NCBI RefSeq assembly: GCF_001308265.1
Contig: NZ_CP012023.1
Coordinates: forward strand, 602,932 to 634,931
Direction: 5' to 3'
DNA length: 32,000 bases
Origin: Celeribacter marinus
Lineage (GTDB): Bacteria; Pseudomonadota; Alphaproteobacteria; Rhodobacterales; Rhodobacteraceae
Shown here: positions 1 to 10,272 of the stretch, piece by piece
How positions within the stretch are numbered: position 1 is the stretch's first letter
Layout of the letters: every line of letters begins with the position of its first letter
Made by a program: the position numbers and the translations under genes
The notes under the pieces: model-generated
Databases searched by the model: none
The model's input: the letters and a program-made list of their open reading frames with translations, nothing else
What the model was told of the DNA's origin: nothing

Positions 1-1137
1 CTGGTTTTGTTCATGTCATTGCCAGGATTGGCACTCTTTTACGGCGGGCTTGTGCGCGCACGCAACGTGCTGTCAGTCTTTATGCACGTCTATGCCATCG
101 CCGCCTTGATGTCGGTTCTGTGGTTCGTGGTGGGCTATTCGATCGCCTTTGGAGATGGCAACGCGGTCTGGGGCGGTTTGGGCAAAGCCTTCCTCAACGG
201 GATCGACGCGGACACCGTGTCTGGCACCATTCCCGAAGTGTTGTTCTTTGCCTTTCAAATGACGTTCGCCATCATCACCCCCGCGCTGATCGTGGGCGCA
301 TACGTCGAGCGCATAAACTTTGGCTTTGTGCTGCTGTTTTCCGGCCTGTGGATGCTGTTGTGCTACGCGCCTGTCACCCACTGGATTTGGGGCGGCGGGT
401 TCCTCGCGGATGGCGGTATCTTTGGCGAGATCGGTACGCGCGACTTCGCGGGCGGTATCGTTGTGCATGAAACGGCAGGCCTCGCGGCACTGATCATCGC
501 CGTGATGCTCGGCGCACGCAAAGTCAAAAACAAGCCTCCGCATAACCCCGGGTATGTGATGATTGGTGCGTCAATGCTTTGGGTGGGTTGGTTTGGCTTT
601 AACGGCGGATCGCAGCTGGCGGCCGATGGTGGAGCTGCAATGGCGCTCACGGTCACGCATTTGTCCGCTGCGGCTGCCTCATTGACGTGGGCGCTGTGGG
701 AAAAGATCAAATACGGCAAGGCCTCTATGGTTGGCATGGTCACGGGCACGATCGCGGGACTGGCGTCCATTACGCCCGCATCTGGTTTTGTCAGCCCTAT
801 CGAGGCGCTGATCATTGGCGGCGTTGCGGGCATTTTGTGCCAAGAGTTGGTGAACTTTGTGCGCAACAAGGCCAAGATCGACGATACGCTTGATGTCTTT
901 GCCGTGCACGGTGTGGGCGGTATTTTCGGGACGATCATGATCGCAGCCTTTGGCGAAGGCACATGGGTGGCGCAACTGGGTGCCTTGGCCATTGTCGGCG
1001 TGTTCACAACTGTTGTGACCATTGCCCTAGTCCTCATCTGCAAAGCCATCGTGCCATTGCGCGTCGATGCCGAAACCGAGCATGCGGGACTAGACCTCGC
1101 ACAACACGGCGAAACGGCCTACGACCATAACTCGTAG
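1..1137 (+). CDS. amtB: Ammonium transporter, Amt family (N-terminus lies upstream of the window)
   Basis: The frame-1 ORF is open from base 1 to the TAG at 1135-1137. It encodes a polytopic hydrophobic protein with Amt/Mep hallmarks 'DFAGGIVVHETAGLAALIIAVMLGAR', 'WFGFNGGS' and 'DVFAVHGVGGIFG'. Confidence 0.9.
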   Translation: MVLFMSLPGLALFYGGLVRARNVLSVFMHVYAIAALMSVLWFVVGYSIAFGDGNAVWGGLGKAFLNGIDADTVSGTIPEVLFFAFQMTFAIITPALIVGAYVERINFGFVLLFSGLWMLLCYAPVTHWIWGGGFLADGGIFGEIGTRDFAGGIVVHETAGLAALIIAVMLGARKVKNKPPHNPGYVMIGASMLWVGWFGFNGGSQLAADGGAAMALTVTHLSAAAASLTWALWEKIKYGKASMVGMVTGTIAGLASITPASGFVSPIEALIIGGVAGILCQELVNFVRNKAKIDDTLDVFAVHGVGGIFGTIMIAAFGEGTWVAQLGALAIVGVFTTVVTIALVLICKAIVPLRVDAETEHAGLDLAQHGETAYDHNS

Positions 1138-1158
1138 CGTCCAAAAGCCTGAAACAAC

Positions 1159-1190
1159 AAACGGCGCTCCATTGGGGCGCCGTTTTTATT
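1159..1190 (+). terminator. Rho-independent terminator after amtB
   Basis: The stem acggcgc (1161-1167) pairs with gcgccgt (1177-1183) and is followed by a T-run at 1183-1187, 24 nt after the amtB stop. Confidence 0.6.
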
Positions 1191-1225
1191 TGGATATTTA
1201 GACCAAGAAAAGCCTGACCCGCGTG

Positions 1226-1681
1226 CTACGCCCCAGAGCCGTAAAGTGCAGCGGCACGTTTTTCGAATGCACGGACAATCATATGCATGGCCTCATTGAA
1301 CACCACGCCGATGACCTTTTGTAAAATCGCGTTCTTGAACTCGAAATCAACAAAGAACTCGACATCGCATCCGCCATCCTCGGCCTCGCGAAAGTGCCAC
1401 CAACTTTTCATGTAGCGAAACGGACCGTCGAGGTATTCGGTATCAATGCGCCGCTCGGCGTCATACAGCTTCACGCGCGAGCCGAACTTTTCGCGAAACA
1501 CTTTGAATGAAATCACCAGATCGGCCAACAACAGCTCGTGGTCGCCACAGGCCTCGCGCGAGCGAATCCGCGCGGCGGCATTCCAAGGCAAAAACTGGGG
1601 ATAGCGTTCAACATCGGCAACAAGATCGTACATTTGTTGCGCGCTATAAGGCAGGTGTTTGGTCTCTTGGTGTGTTGGCAT
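1226..1681 (-). CDS. ratA: SRPBCC/START-fold protein, RatA / Coq10-like (ubiquinone-binding or ribosome-association toxin family)
   Basis: 151-aa ORF. The N-terminal 'YSAQQMYDLVADVERYPQFLPW' and the overall length are typical of the RatA/PasT/COQ10 family. The ATG at 1679-1681 is the only sensible start. Confidence 0.72.
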   Translation of the reverse strand: MPTHQETKHLPYSAQQMYDLVADVERYPQFLPWNAAARIRSREACGDHELLLADLVISFKVFREKFGSRVKLYDAERRIDTEYLDGPFRYMKSWWHFREAEDGGCDVEFFVDFEFKNAILQKVIGVVFNEAMHMIVRAFEKRAAALYGSGA

Positions 1682-1761
1682 GTTCTTAAGGGTCTGCGCT
1701 CTGGCGTTTTTAAACTGACCTGTTATCTCTTAAACCTGCACCGAAATTGCAAGGGGTTACC

Positions 1762-2322
1762 ATGCCGCACCGTCCCTATCACATCGACGTTATGATCTCG
1801 GCCAAGTCAATTGCCGCGCGGATCGAAGACCTCGCCCGCGACATACGCCGCGAATATAACGAGACAGACAAGCTCGTTGTGGTTGGGCTTTTGCGTGGTT
1901 CGTTCGTTTTTATTGCGGATCTTGTGCGCGAATTGGACATGAATGTCGAAGTCGACTTTCTCGAGGCATCTTCCTACGGGGACGGCACCGAAAGCACACG
2001 CGAAGTGCGTATTCTCAAAGACTTACGTGGTGCCATTGAGGGGCGCGATGTGTTGGTGGTTGAGGATATCGTCGACACGGGCCATACGCTCAAGGCCGTG
2101 TTGGAGCTGCTTGGCTCGCGCAAACCGCGCAAGTTGGAAACCATTGCCTTATTGAATAAACCCGCACGGCGCGAAGTTGATCTCACGGCCACATGGGTCG
2201 GCTTTGAAATCCCTGATGCCTTTGTCGTGGGATACGGGATTGATTTTGCCCAAGCCAACCGCAACCTTCCCTACATCGGCTCGGTTGTGTTTGAGGATGA
2301 GGCCCAACAGGCCCAGACATGA
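1762..2322 (+). CDS. hpt: Hypoxanthine phosphoribosyltransferase
   Basis: PRPP-binding motif '[14 protein letters not shown]' and '[17 protein letters not shown]'. I prefer the ATG at 1762, preceded by aagggg (1751-1756), over the TTG at 1747 given in the ORF track. Confidence 0.9.
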   Translation: MPHRPYHIDVMISAKSIAARIEDLARDIRREYNETDKLVVVGLLRGSFVFIADLVRELDMNVEVDFLEASSYGDGTESTREVRILKDLRGAIEGRDVLVVEDIVDTGHTLKAVLELLGSRKPRKLETIALLNKPARREVDLTATWVGFEIPDAFVVGYGIDFAQANRNLPYIGSVVFEDEAQQAQT

Positions 2323-2495
2323 ATATGTTTTGGCTCATCCGCGCCAAACGATGGGCCAAACATCCGCCCTCCACCAAGCGGATCATCTTTGTCTTTGGAA
2401 TCGTGGCGGCCTGTGTTGTGCTCTATCTGATCGAGCGTGCGGGACTTTTGCCCGAATGGATGCAACTAGAGGGACGCGGCGGGATGCGGTTTTAA
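2319..2495 (+). CDS. Small (58 aa) putative membrane protein, translationally coupled to hpt
   Basis: The ATG at 2319 overlaps the hpt TGA (ATGA). Translation is [58 protein letters not shown], with one clear TM helix. It falls below the size cut-off of the ORF track and was read by hand. Confidence 0.35.
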   Translation: MNMFWLIRAKRWAKHPPSTKRIIFVFGIVAACVVLYLIERAGLLPEWMQLEGRGGMRF

Positions 2496-2525
2496 CGCGC
2501 CCATGTGAGGCCATGTCGGGTTATG

Positions 2526-3407
2526 TCAGGCCGCGGCGGGCGCAAGTCCCAACAACCGCTCCGCGTCAGCCTGTAGCGCGGCAGTCATGCGGGCGCGCGC
2601 TTGGCGCAGGCGCGGTGCATCCGCAAGCTCGGCGTTGGACGCCACATAAATCGGCATAGGCGCGATATCGATCGGCGCGTGAACACGTTGCAGGACAGGG
2701 CTTTGATCCCCAATCACACAAGGCAGCATGGTCCGCCCAAGACCCGCCTCGGCCAGCGCACGCAGCGTCATAAAGCTGTCGGCCGCCGCCCGAAACACTA
2801 CGCCGTCCTTTTGTAACCGCTCGTTCAGCTTGTGCGCCACATGTGCCCGACCCAAAAGGCCAGACATCCCAAGCCAGTGCGCCTCTGGCACGCCCTCAGC
2901 GGCGTAAACTCCAAAGGCCAACTGGCCCGCAACTTCGCCATAAAGGTCATCTGGCAATTTAAACGCCGTGCGCACGATAACGTCCGCATGAAGCCGTGAG
3001 GCGTCCGTCTGCGCATTGGCGCATAGCAATTCGAACGACAGACCAGGCGATGTCAAAGACATGCCGGCGACCACGGGCGGGAGAATGGCGTGACAAAAGG
3101 TGTCACTCGACATCACACGGATCACCCCCGCAAGCGGCGTATCCCCCGCCTGTGCCAAACGCTCAACCGCTTTGACAGCGATCTCGACCTCACGGGCGGC
3201 CTCAATCAAACGCAGCTTTTCTGGCGCTACGTCATATCCGCGCACCGATTTCTCAAATAGCGCGACACCAAGACGGTCCTCAATCCCTGCAACACGGCGC
3301 AGCACGGTGGCGTGATTGACCCCCAACTCCCGTGCTGCCGCCGAAACGGACCCCATCCGTGCAACAGCAAGCACAAAGCGAAAGTCATCCCAATTGGTTT
3401 TGTGCAT
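2526..3407 (-). CDS. LysR-family transcriptional regulator
   Basis: N-terminal winged HTH 'FRFVLAVARMGSVSAAARELGVNHATVLRRV' followed by a ~200-aa co-inducer-binding-type domain. Total length 293 aa. Confidence 0.9.
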   Translation of the reverse strand: MHKTNWDDFRFVLAVARMGSVSAAARELGVNHATVLRRVAGIEDRLGVALFEKSVRGYDVAPEKLRLIEAAREVEIAVKAVERLAQAGDTPLAGVIRVMSSDTFCHAILPPVVAGMSLTSPGLSFELLCANAQTDASRLHADVIVRTAFKLPDDLYGEVAGQLAFGVYAAEGVPEAHWLGMSGLLGRAHVAHKLNERLQKDGVVFRAAADSFMTLRALAEAGLGRTMLPCVIGDQSPVLQRVHAPIDIAPMPIYVASNAELADAPRLRQARARMTAALQADAERLLGLAPAAA

Positions 3408-3496
3408 CGGCTCAAAAACTCCATCCTACCTGATGGAGCGAGTCTAACACGCACCTGTCCCCCCTGACTTTGAGGGAGATCAGAAGGGGCGGTTGA

Positions 3497-4618
3497 TTAG
3501 AGCGGGTCGGTGCGGAACAATTTGACCTTGAGACCGCCATGGGCAATCGGTGCCTCGGTCGGCAGCCACGGCAATTTGGTGGCCTCGGCCAATTGCGTGT
3601 CGGTGGTGATCATGCCCACACGCCACCCTTTGAACTCGGCGCGCATTTTGTCACCAAACGCACCATAGAGGGCAAACAGGTCTTTCTTTTTGCCAACGCG
3701 CGCGCCGTAAGGCGGGTTGACGATCACAAGTCCCGCGGGCCCGTCAGGGCGCGAAATCGACGAGACGGGGGTTGGCGTAAAGGTACACATATCGGCCACT
3801 CCCGCGCGCGCCGCGTTCTCACCCGCAGAGCCAATCACATTGACGTTGCGGTCCGAGCCGTAAAACCGCTGATCGCTTGGACGGGTCTGCCATGCGTCCC
3901 GAATGGATTGGACCGCCGCCGCGTCATAGGTGGCCAGACGCTCGAACGAGAACGCGCGCGCACGCCCCGCCATCATGTTGCGCGCAATTTCAGCCGCCTC
4001 GATCAAAAACGTGCCAGAGCCGCACATCGGGTCCAGCACCGGCTCATGCCCGTCATACCCGCAGGCCCGCAAAAACATCGCCGCCATCGTCTCGCGCATT
4101 GGGGCCTTGCCCATCGCTTGTTTATGGCCGCGCTTGTGCAGCCCGTCACCAGAGGTGTCGACCGACAAGATAACATTGTTGTCGTCAATACGGGCTTTGA
4201 TCACCAAATCAGCGTCTTCAAGCCCCTCGGCGATGGTCGCGCCAAATTCCTCGGCAATCGCGCGCTCAATACGCTCAACGGCCGCTCCTGCGTGGTAGAT
4301 TTTAGACTTTTTGTTGGTGGCCACGTCGACCTTGACCGACTGGCCTTTGGTCAAAATGTCGCCCCACGCGTATTTGCGCGATCTCTTGTCCAGTTGGGCA
4401 AGGTGAAACGCGCGAAAATCGCCGACACGCGCAAGCACTTTTGAGGTGCCGCGCAGGGTCAGGTTCGCGCGCCAAACATCACGCCAATCGCCCCAAATGG
4501 TGACTCCGCCGCCAGTGGTCTCGGGGCGTTTAAATCCCGCCTCCATAACCTCTAACAACAGCGTCTCCTCCAAGCCCGGAGGCGTGGCGAGAAAGATTTC
4601 GAATATCTCGTCTGTCAC
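3497..4618 (-). CDS. THUMP-domain class I SAM-dependent RNA methyltransferase (UPF0020/RlmL-like)
   Basis: SAM motif I 'DPMCGSGTFLIEAA' and catalytic 'VNPPYG'. The track ORF extends to 4684 and would overlap lipA. The GTG at 4616-4618 (VTDEIFEIFLATPPG...) sits just after the lipA stop and is my preferred start. Confidence 0.8.
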   Translation of the reverse strand: MTDEIFEIFLATPPGLEETLLLEVMEAGFKRPETTGGGVTIWGDWRDVWRANLTLRGTSKVLARVGDFRAFHLAQLDKRSRKYAWGDILTKGQSVKVDVATNKKSKIYHAGAAVERIERAIAEEFGATIAEGLEDADLVIKARIDDNNVILSVDTSGDGLHKRGHKQAMGKAPMRETMAAMFLRACGYDGHEPVLDPMCGSGTFLIEAAEIARNMMAGRARAFSFERLATYDAAAVQSIRDAWQTRPSDQRFYGSDRNVNVIGSAGENAARAGVADMCTFTPTPVSSISRPDGPAGLVIVNPPYGARVGKKKDLFALYGAFGDKMRAEFKGWRVGMITTDTQLAEATKLPWLPTEAPIAHGGLKVKLFRTDPL

Positions 4619-4622
4619 AGCC

Positions 4623-5582
4623 CTATGCCTGACCGAATTTTTGAATGCGCGCCGCGCGCAAACGTGCAAAATCGTCACCCGCATGATAGCTAGAGCGCGT
4701 CAAAGGCGTGGCAGACACCATTAAGAAGCCTTTGTTATAGGCGGTTTTCTCGTAGGTCTTGAACTCTTCTGGCGTCACAAAGCGATCCACCTTGTGGTGC
4801 TTTGGCGTAGGTTGAAGGTACTGACCGATGGTGAGAAAATCGATATCCGCCGCGCGCATATCTTCCATCACTTGTGTGACGGCTTGTTTGTCCTCACCGA
4901 GGCCAACCATGATGCCGGATTTGGTGAACATTGTCGGATCGATTTCTTTGACGCGCTGCAATAGGCGCAAGGAGTGGAAATAGCGCGCGCCAGGGCGCAC
5001 TTCAGGGTACAGACCCGGCACGGTTTCAAGGTTGTGATTGAACACATCGGGTTTGGCCGCAACCACAACTTCCAACGCGCTATCATCACAGCGGATAAAG
5101 TCGGGTGTCAGAATTTCAATCGTGGTGTCAGGTGCGCGGTGACGAATGGCGCGGATGGTTTGCGCGAAATGCTCGGCCCCGCCGTCCTTGATATCATCAC
5201 GGTCCACGGAGGTGACAACCACGTGTTTCAGACCCAGCTTGGCGACAGCATCCGCCACGCGGCCCGGCTCGAATGCATCCAGATCCTCGGTCGGTTTACC
5301 TGTCGCAATGTTGCAAAATGAACAGGCCCGCGTACAGACTTCGCCCATAATCATCATCGTCGCGTGACCTTGCGACCAACATTCGCCCGCGTTCGGACAT
5401 CCCGCCTCTTCGCACACTGTGACCAACTTGTGCTCGCGCATGATCGCATGGGTTTTCTTGTACCCGTCCGATGTCGGAGCCTTGACCCTGATCCAGTCCG
5501 GTTTTTTGGGTTGCGCATTATCAGGGCGACGCGCCTTTTCAGGGTGGCGTTGCTCGGGAATTTTAAGATCACGTGGCGGCAT
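4623..5582 (-). CDS. lipA: Lipoyl synthase
   Basis: Auxiliary cluster motif '[13 protein letters not shown]' and radical-SAM motif '[10 protein letters not shown]'. The ATG at 5580-5582 is preceded by aaggagg at a 5-nt spacing. The 527-aa track ORF is an upstream over-extension. Confidence 0.93.
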   Translation of the reverse strand: MPPRDLKIPEQRHPEKARRPDNAQPKKPDWIRVKAPTSDGYKKTHAIMREHKLVTVCEEAGCPNAGECWSQGHATMMIMGEVCTRACSFCNIATGKPTEDLDAFEPGRVADAVAKLGLKHVVVTSVDRDDIKDGGAEHFAQTIRAIRHRAPDTTIEILTPDFIRCDDSALEVVVAAKPDVFNHNLETVPGLYPEVRPGARYFHSLRLLQRVKEIDPTMFTKSGIMVGLGEDKQAVTQVMEDMRAADIDFLTIGQYLQPTPKHHKVDRFVTPEEFKTYEKTAYNKGFLMVSATPLTRSSYHAGDDFARLRAARIQKFGQA

Positions 5583-5915
5583 GTGGTCCTCCTTTGGGGC
5601 GATACGGCGCATCACGACACGCGCGCAGTGCCATCGCTGTCCCAGACATTTCCCCCGATATAGGGGTTCGATCCGACACTGTCCAACGCGTTCCTGTGAC
5701 CCGCTATGCGCCCCACGCGTATGCGCCATGCGACACACGCCGTACCTCATCACAAAACCCGTTAAAAAACACACATAGCGCCCAAAATTTACCATCCATT
5801 TCAAACCGATGCCGCACAAGCACGGTAATTTTCTGCACGCGCATTGCACCCAGATTAAGAATCGTTCTAAACACCGCACAATGATTTTTACAGCCCTGAG
5901 ACAAAGGACCGCCCC

Positions 5916-6467
5916 ATGAAAGCCGGATACAAACTCCCCGATGTAACGTTTCACACCCGCGTGCGCGACGAGAGCATTGGCGGCGACAACCCGTTCACAT
6001 GGGAAGACAAAACAACCTCTGACTATTTCGCTGGAAAACGCGTCATTTTGTTTTCCTTGCCTGGTGCGTTCACACCCACATGTTCGACATACCAGCTCCC
6101 CGGTTTTGAGAACGGGTTTAGCGATTTTGCCGCAAATGGCATCGACGCCATCTACTGTATGTCCGTCAACGACAGCTTTGTAATGAACAAATGGGCGCAA
6201 TCGCAAAACCTTGAAAACGTGTCGGTCATTCCCGATGGCTCAGGCGAGTTCACCCGCCGCATGGGCATGCTCGTGCGCAAGGACAACCTTGGCTTTGGCC
6301 TACGCTCATGGCGCTACGCCGCCGTGGTCAACAACGGCGTCATCGAGGCATGGTTCGAAGAACCGGGCTTGTGCGACAACCACGGCGAAGACCCGTATGG
6401 CGTGTCCTCCCCCGAGACCGTTATGGGCTACTTGGTCGATGCCGCTAAAGGCGTTGCAGCGGAGTAA
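5916..6467 (+). CDS. Peroxiredoxin (Prx5/type-5-like, AhpC/TSA superfamily)
   Basis: Peroxidatic-Cys motif '[10 protein letters not shown]'. 183 aa, divergent from lipA. Confidence 0.88.
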   Translation: MKAGYKLPDVTFHTRVRDESIGGDNPFTWEDKTTSDYFAGKRVILFSLPGAFTPTCSTYQLPGFENGFSDFAANGIDAIYCMSVNDSFVMNKWAQSQNLENVSVIPDGSGEFTRRMGMLVRKDNLGFGLRSWRYAAVVNNGVIEAWFEEPGLCDNHGEDPYGVSSPETVMGYLVDAAKGVAAE

Positions 6468-6507
6468 TCCGCACCAGATCGTCTTGCCCACAAGACGCAC
6501 TAATGCC

Positions 6508-6540
6508 AAAGGCCCGACTGGAAACTGTCGGGCCTTTTTC
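6508..6540 (+). terminator. Rho-independent terminator after the peroxiredoxin gene
   Basis: ggcccgac (6511-6518) pairs with gtcgggcc (6527-6534), followed by ttttt (6535-6539). Confidence 0.7.
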
Positions 6541-6621
6541 GTGTAATGATTTCAAGGCTCCGCCCGTTCGCGGCTTGAACGCGCCACTGGCGCCTTCATC
6601 GGCCTGTGGCCGAACCGCGGC

Positions 6622-7800
6622 TCACCCAATAAGATTTGAGTATCCGGCACGGTCGTAGTGGCGTTTGAGGCGTTCCAACGCGATGCGCAACACAATCTTG
6701 CCCGACCGCGCCGACCATCCCAGACACTGTTCGGCCGCCTCCATACCCTCAAGACGACAACAGCATCGCAAGGCAACATCCCCAAGCCCCGCGCCCAACT
6801 CATCAAGGGCTGCGGCCACACGTGCCCGTGCAGCCCCCGCACCAAAGCCATGACACTCACGATCAGACCACGCGCGTGCGCCTCCTGCCAAAAACGCGTC
6901 CCAATCTGGCGGTGTCTCCATGCCAATCTGTGACAGTTCGAAATCCTCGCGAAGCCGCTCGGCAGCAGCAACAACCTCGGGGCGTAAAAACAAGGTGCCG
7001 TCTTTGTCGCGGCGGCGCGCCAGTACCAACACCGGACTTTCAATCGCAGTATAGCGTGTCTGCGTACCTTTGCGGGGGTCCAGACCTGTCATGCCCGCCC
7101 CGAGCCACCCATCACGCCCCTCACCAGACCCGTTTGCAACGCCCGCCCGCGCGCTCTCGTCTACTGCTAGGAATTCGCGGTACGCCGTGCGTCCGGCGGC
7201 TGTGATGGTGTAGCGGGTGATTTTGCCTTTGACCTGCGCCTCGATCCACCCTTTGAGGGCGAGCATCTGCGCGACCGACCGATCAAGGATCGCGGTGCGC
7301 GTGGTGCGCCCGTCCGACAACTCACGTACAACAACGGCCTTATCCATATCCTTTGCCACCGCCAAACAGGCCTGCGGCTCTGACAAACGCCGCAAAATGC
7401 GCCGCCCTTCGCGTTCCAATGTGAGATCATCACAGGCCTGTGCGTCCCCTTGTGAAACGGGCGACGTGTGACGGTTTTCCATGAGGTGCGCCTCCTTATG
7501 TGGGCGAGCGGAAGAACGGCGATGAGACAGATGCGCGGCGTCAGATGCGCCAGAGGTCAAAGACGCGGATCGTAGTTGCTCCAACGCTTCGTCGACCAAT
7601 GGATCGTCGCGCTTTTGCTCGATCCGTCTGACCTGTCGCATGATTGTGGACGGCGCACAGCCGTGCGTGCGTGCCAAGGCGCGGATACTTAACCCGCCCT
7701 CTGTGTGGGCAAGATAGCGTTGTGCGTCTTTTGGCACCCAGACCGGCATGGCCGCTTGTTCGGTGTGATGAGTGTGTGAATGCTTTGCATGATCGGACAT
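6622..7800 (-). CDS. Conserved HTH-containing protein (I recall Rhodobacterales proteins of this kind being labelled DUF6456; unverified)
   Basis: 392-aa ORF. HTH-like 'LSIRALARTHGCAPSTIMRQVRRIE' lies near the N-terminus. The codon usage looks like that of the neighbouring genes. Function unknown. Confidence 0.55.
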   Translation of the reverse strand: MSDHAKHSHTHHTEQAAMPVWVPKDAQRYLAHTEGGLSIRALARTHGCAPSTIMRQVRRIEQKRDDPLVDEALEQLRSASLTSGASDAAHLSHRRSSARPHKEAHLMENRHTSPVSQGDAQACDDLTLEREGRRILRRLSEPQACLAVAKDMDKAVVVRELSDGRTTRTAILDRSVAQMLALKGWIEAQVKGKITRYTITAAGRTAYREFLAVDESARAGVANGSGEGRDGWLGAGMTGLDPRKGTQTRYTAIESPVLVLARRRDKDGTLFLRPEVVAAAERLREDFELSQIGMETPPDWDAFLAGGARAWSDRECHGFGAGAARARVAAALDELGAGLGDVALRCCCRLEGMEAAEQCLGWSARSGKIVLRIALERLKRHYDRAGYSNLIG

Positions 7801-8122
7801 GTGTTCCCCAACGTATTAACGCAGCGCAGTGTTTCCACAGCTGCAACAATCTTAAATCAGCGGGATTTTTGTCCTTAAAACAGTCACTTGTGGCCCAAAA
7901 AACCCGCAACAGATATCAACCTAAAGTTGTGCAGCCTCCGCAATAGTTAACCAAACCTTTACAAAACTGATGGTGAGCCAAAGAGTTAAAGGATTGTAAA
8001 ACCGACCGCGCGCTGTAAGCGCCCAGCACGCAACACCCGCTAGGGTTGTGTAGGCTTCCTGCCAGTATCGTGACCTCGCCACCGATCTGATGGCCAGACC
8101 ACGCCAACAACAGGAGACCACC

Positions 8123-8416
8123 ATGACCACCACGCAACACGCTCTCGCCCATCTGCGCCGTCCACGTCTTTTGATCCGCGCCGCGCAACACGGACTCGTG
8201 GATTACAACCGGCGTCGAGATCTGAAACGGGTGCTATCGGGCGTTTCAGTGATGTCACCGAGCGCCACAGTGCCGTTGCTGATGGAGCGTGAGGACGCGC
8301 TGGATGCGCTGCGTCAATCCGGTGATGCGAGCTATTCGGTTGTGCGCCACGTCGAAACCTTGATCGCGCTTATGGGAGAGGCCAACTTACTGGCGCCGCG
8401 CCCTACCCCCGCATAG
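8123..8416 (+). CDS. Small conserved hypothetical protein (I recall DUF6477-type labelling; unverified)
   Basis: The ATG at 8123 is preceded by aggaga (8112-8117). 97 aa, divergent from the 6622-7800 gene. Confidence 0.5.
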   Translation: MTTTQHALAHLRRPRLLIRAAQHGLVDYNRRRDLKRVLSGVSVMSPSATVPLLMEREDALDALRQSGDASYSVVRHVETLIALMGEANLLAPRPTPA

Positions 8417-8468
8417 CGAAATCGCATTTATCTGGCGCGCGGTGCGATCCGAACAGGTCCACCGCGCG

Positions 8469-8516
8469 CCTTCCACTTCGCCATCCATCGCGCCATCCAT
8501 CGCGCCATCCATCGCA
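8469..8516. repeat. 12-bp tandem repeat (ccatccatcgcg x3 plus one degenerate leading copy) in the guaA upstream region
   Basis: Read directly from the sequence: ccttccacttcg ccatccatcgcg ccatccatcgcg ccatccatcgca. The array ends 77 nt upstream of the guaA ATG. Confidence 0.85.
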
Positions 8517-8592
8517 CCTTTTTAGCCGCTCACGACACACAGGCGCAAAATCCGTCTTGCTTCGCCTACGCGCGTGCGGGTAAACCGAGCGC

Positions 8593-10164
8593 ATGACACA
8601 GATTTCCCATGACCGCCTCCTCATCATCGACTTCGGCTCACAAGTCACGCAGCTCATTGCGCGCAGGCTTCGAGAGTTGAGTGTCTATTGCGAAATCCAC
8701 CCCTATCAGAACGCCACGGACGCCTTCGTCAAAGAGTTCGCCCCCAAAGCGATCATCTTTTCGGGTGGCCCAGATAGCGTAATGCGCGAGGGCAGCCCCC
8801 GTCCGCCAAAAGCGGCCTATGAGATGGGCGTGCCGATCCTTGGCATTTGCTACGGCCAACAGGTGATGATGCACGATCTGGGCGGGCGCGTTGAAGCGGG
8901 TGAACATGCCACGGCCGAATTCGGTCGCGCCTATGTGACACCAAAAGACGACCGCGATGCCTTCCTCAACGGGTGGTTTATGGACGGCACAGGCAAAGAA
9001 CAGGTCTGGATGAGCCACGGCGACCACGTGGCCGAGATCGCACCGGGCTTTGAGGTCTACGGCACCTCGCCGGGCGCACCCTTTGCCATTACCGCCGATG
9101 TGTCGCGTAATTTCTACGCCGTGCAATTCCACCCCGAAGTGCACCACACCCCCAATGGCGCCACGCTGTATGAGAACTTCGTCAAACTGGCGGGCTTCAC
9201 CGGCGACTGGAACATGGGCGCCTACCGCGAAGAGATGATCGAGAAAATCCGCGCCCAAGTCGGTGACAAACAGGTGATCTGTGGCCTGTCTGGCGGCGTC
9301 GATAGCTCCGTCACGGCGATTTTGCTGCACGAGGCGATTGGCGATCAATTGACCTGTGTGTTTGTGGATCACGGCCTGCTGCGTCTCAACGAGGCCGAAG
9401 AAGTCGTGAAGATGTTCCGCGAGAGCTACAATCTCAAACTCATCGCCGCCGACGAGAAAGACCTGTTCTTAAACGCGCTTGAGGGCGTGTCGGACCCCGA
9501 GGTCAAACGCAAAACCATCGGTAAGCTGTTCATCGACGTGTTCCAGAAATACGCCGATCAGATCGAGGGCGCACAGTTCCTCGCCCAAGGGACGCTTTAT
9601 CCCGATGTGATCGAATCCGTATCCTTTAGCGGCGGCCCGTCCGTGACGATCAAATCGCACCACAATGTCGGCGGGTTGCCCGAAAAGATGGGCCTTAAAC
9701 TGGTCGAACCGCTGCGCGAGTTGTTCAAGGACGAAGTGCGCGCACTTGGCCACGAGTTGGGCTTGCCCGCGTCCTTTATAGGGCGTCACCCCTTCCCCGG
9801 TCCGGGTCTGGCGATCCGCTGTCCCGGTGAGATCACCCGCGAAAAACTGGCGATCTTGCAAAAGGCCGATGCCGTCTACATCGACCAAATCCGCAAACAT
9901 GGCCTCTATGACGACATCTGGCAGGCCTTTGCCGCGATTTTGCCGATGAAAACCGTGGGCGTAATGGGTGACGGGCGCACCTACGATTTCGCCGTGGCCT
10001 TGCGTGCGGTGACATCCGTCGACGGCATGACCGCCGACACCTATCCGTTTAGCCACGATTTCCTCTCCGAAACGATGACCCGCATCATCAACGAGGTCAA
10101 AGGCGTGAACCGCGTGTTCTACGATGTGACCTCCAAACCGCCGGGCACAATCGAGATGGAGTGA
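8593..10164 (+). CDS. guaA: GMP synthase (glutamine-hydrolysing)
   Basis: GATase catalytic Cys in 'ILGICYGQQ', ATP-PPase P-loop '[10 protein letters not shown]' and C-terminal 'KPPGTIEME'. 523 aa. Confidence 0.97.
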   Translation: MTQISHDRLLIIDFGSQVTQLIARRLRELSVYCEIHPYQNATDAFVKEFAPKAIIFSGGPDSVMREGSPRPPKAAYEMGVPILGICYGQQVMMHDLGGRVEAGEHATAEFGRAYVTPKDDRDAFLNGWFMDGTGKEQVWMSHGDHVAEIAPGFEVYGTSPGAPFAITADVSRNFYAVQFHPEVHHTPNGATLYENFVKLAGFTGDWNMGAYREEMIEKIRAQVGDKQVICGLSGGVDSSVTAILLHEAIGDQLTCVFVDHGLLRLNEAEEVVKMFRESYNLKLIAADEKDLFLNALEGVSDPEVKRKTIGKLFIDVFQKYADQIEGAQFLAQGTLYPDVIESVSFSGGPSVTIKSHHNVGGLPEKMGLKLVEPLRELFKDEVRALGHELGLPASFIGRHPFPGPGLAIRCPGEITREKLAILQKADAVYIDQIRKHGLYDDIWQAFAAILPMKTVGVMGDGRTYDFAVALRAVTSVDGMTADTYPFSHDFLSETMTRIINEVKGVNRVFYDVTSKPPGTIEME

Positions 10165-10272
10165 GCCGAACAGGCCAATCGTTCAAAAACGCAAAGGCGC
10201 TTTTCATGCAAATGGGACGCGCCTTTTTGCTTTTTGCTTGCTCGACATCACCACAGGCGGCTACCTGACCCA

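Noticed and set aside
2177-2659. 160-aa ORF spanning the hpt end and the LysR gene end
   Set aside because: It is out of frame with hpt, antisense to the LysR gene, and Arg/Pro-rich. The short ATGA-coupled ORF at 2319-2495 explains the coding signal better.
5663-5674. ggggttcgatcc, resembling a tRNA T-arm/T-loop
   Set aside because: The flanking sequence provides no complementary T-stem, acceptor stem or anticodon arm. It lies in the lipA leader. I could not fold a tRNA anywhere in the window.
4623-6206. 527-aa ORF that would make lipA far longer and overlap the peroxiredoxin gene on the other strand
   Set aside because: The lipoyl synthase similarity begins near '[11 protein letters not shown]'. 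A strong aaggagg-N5-ATG lies at 5580-5582. The upstream ~200 codons are an open frame through the divergent intergenic region and the prx gene, which is typical over-extension in GC-rich DNA.
7947-8000. Two CtrA-box-like sequences (TTAA-N7-TTTA at 7947-7961 and TTAA-N7-TAAA at 7986-8000) between the divergent 6622-7800 and 8123-8416 genes
   Set aside because: Both deviate from TTAA-N7-TTAA in the second half-site. Such near-matches are common in AT-richer intergenic DNA. Without comparative or ChIP data I do not call them.
8469-8516. Whether the 12-bp tandem array could be a CRISPR array
   Set aside because: The units are contiguous with no spacers, only 12 bp long, and no cas genes are present. 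It is a simple tandem repeat.
10165-10272. Possible island insertion at the 3' end of guaA, a known integration hot spot in some bacteria
   Set aside because: The sequence after guaA keeps host-like composition and runs straight into host-like genes (ABM protein, DMT transporter). There are no repeats of the guaA end and no integrase.
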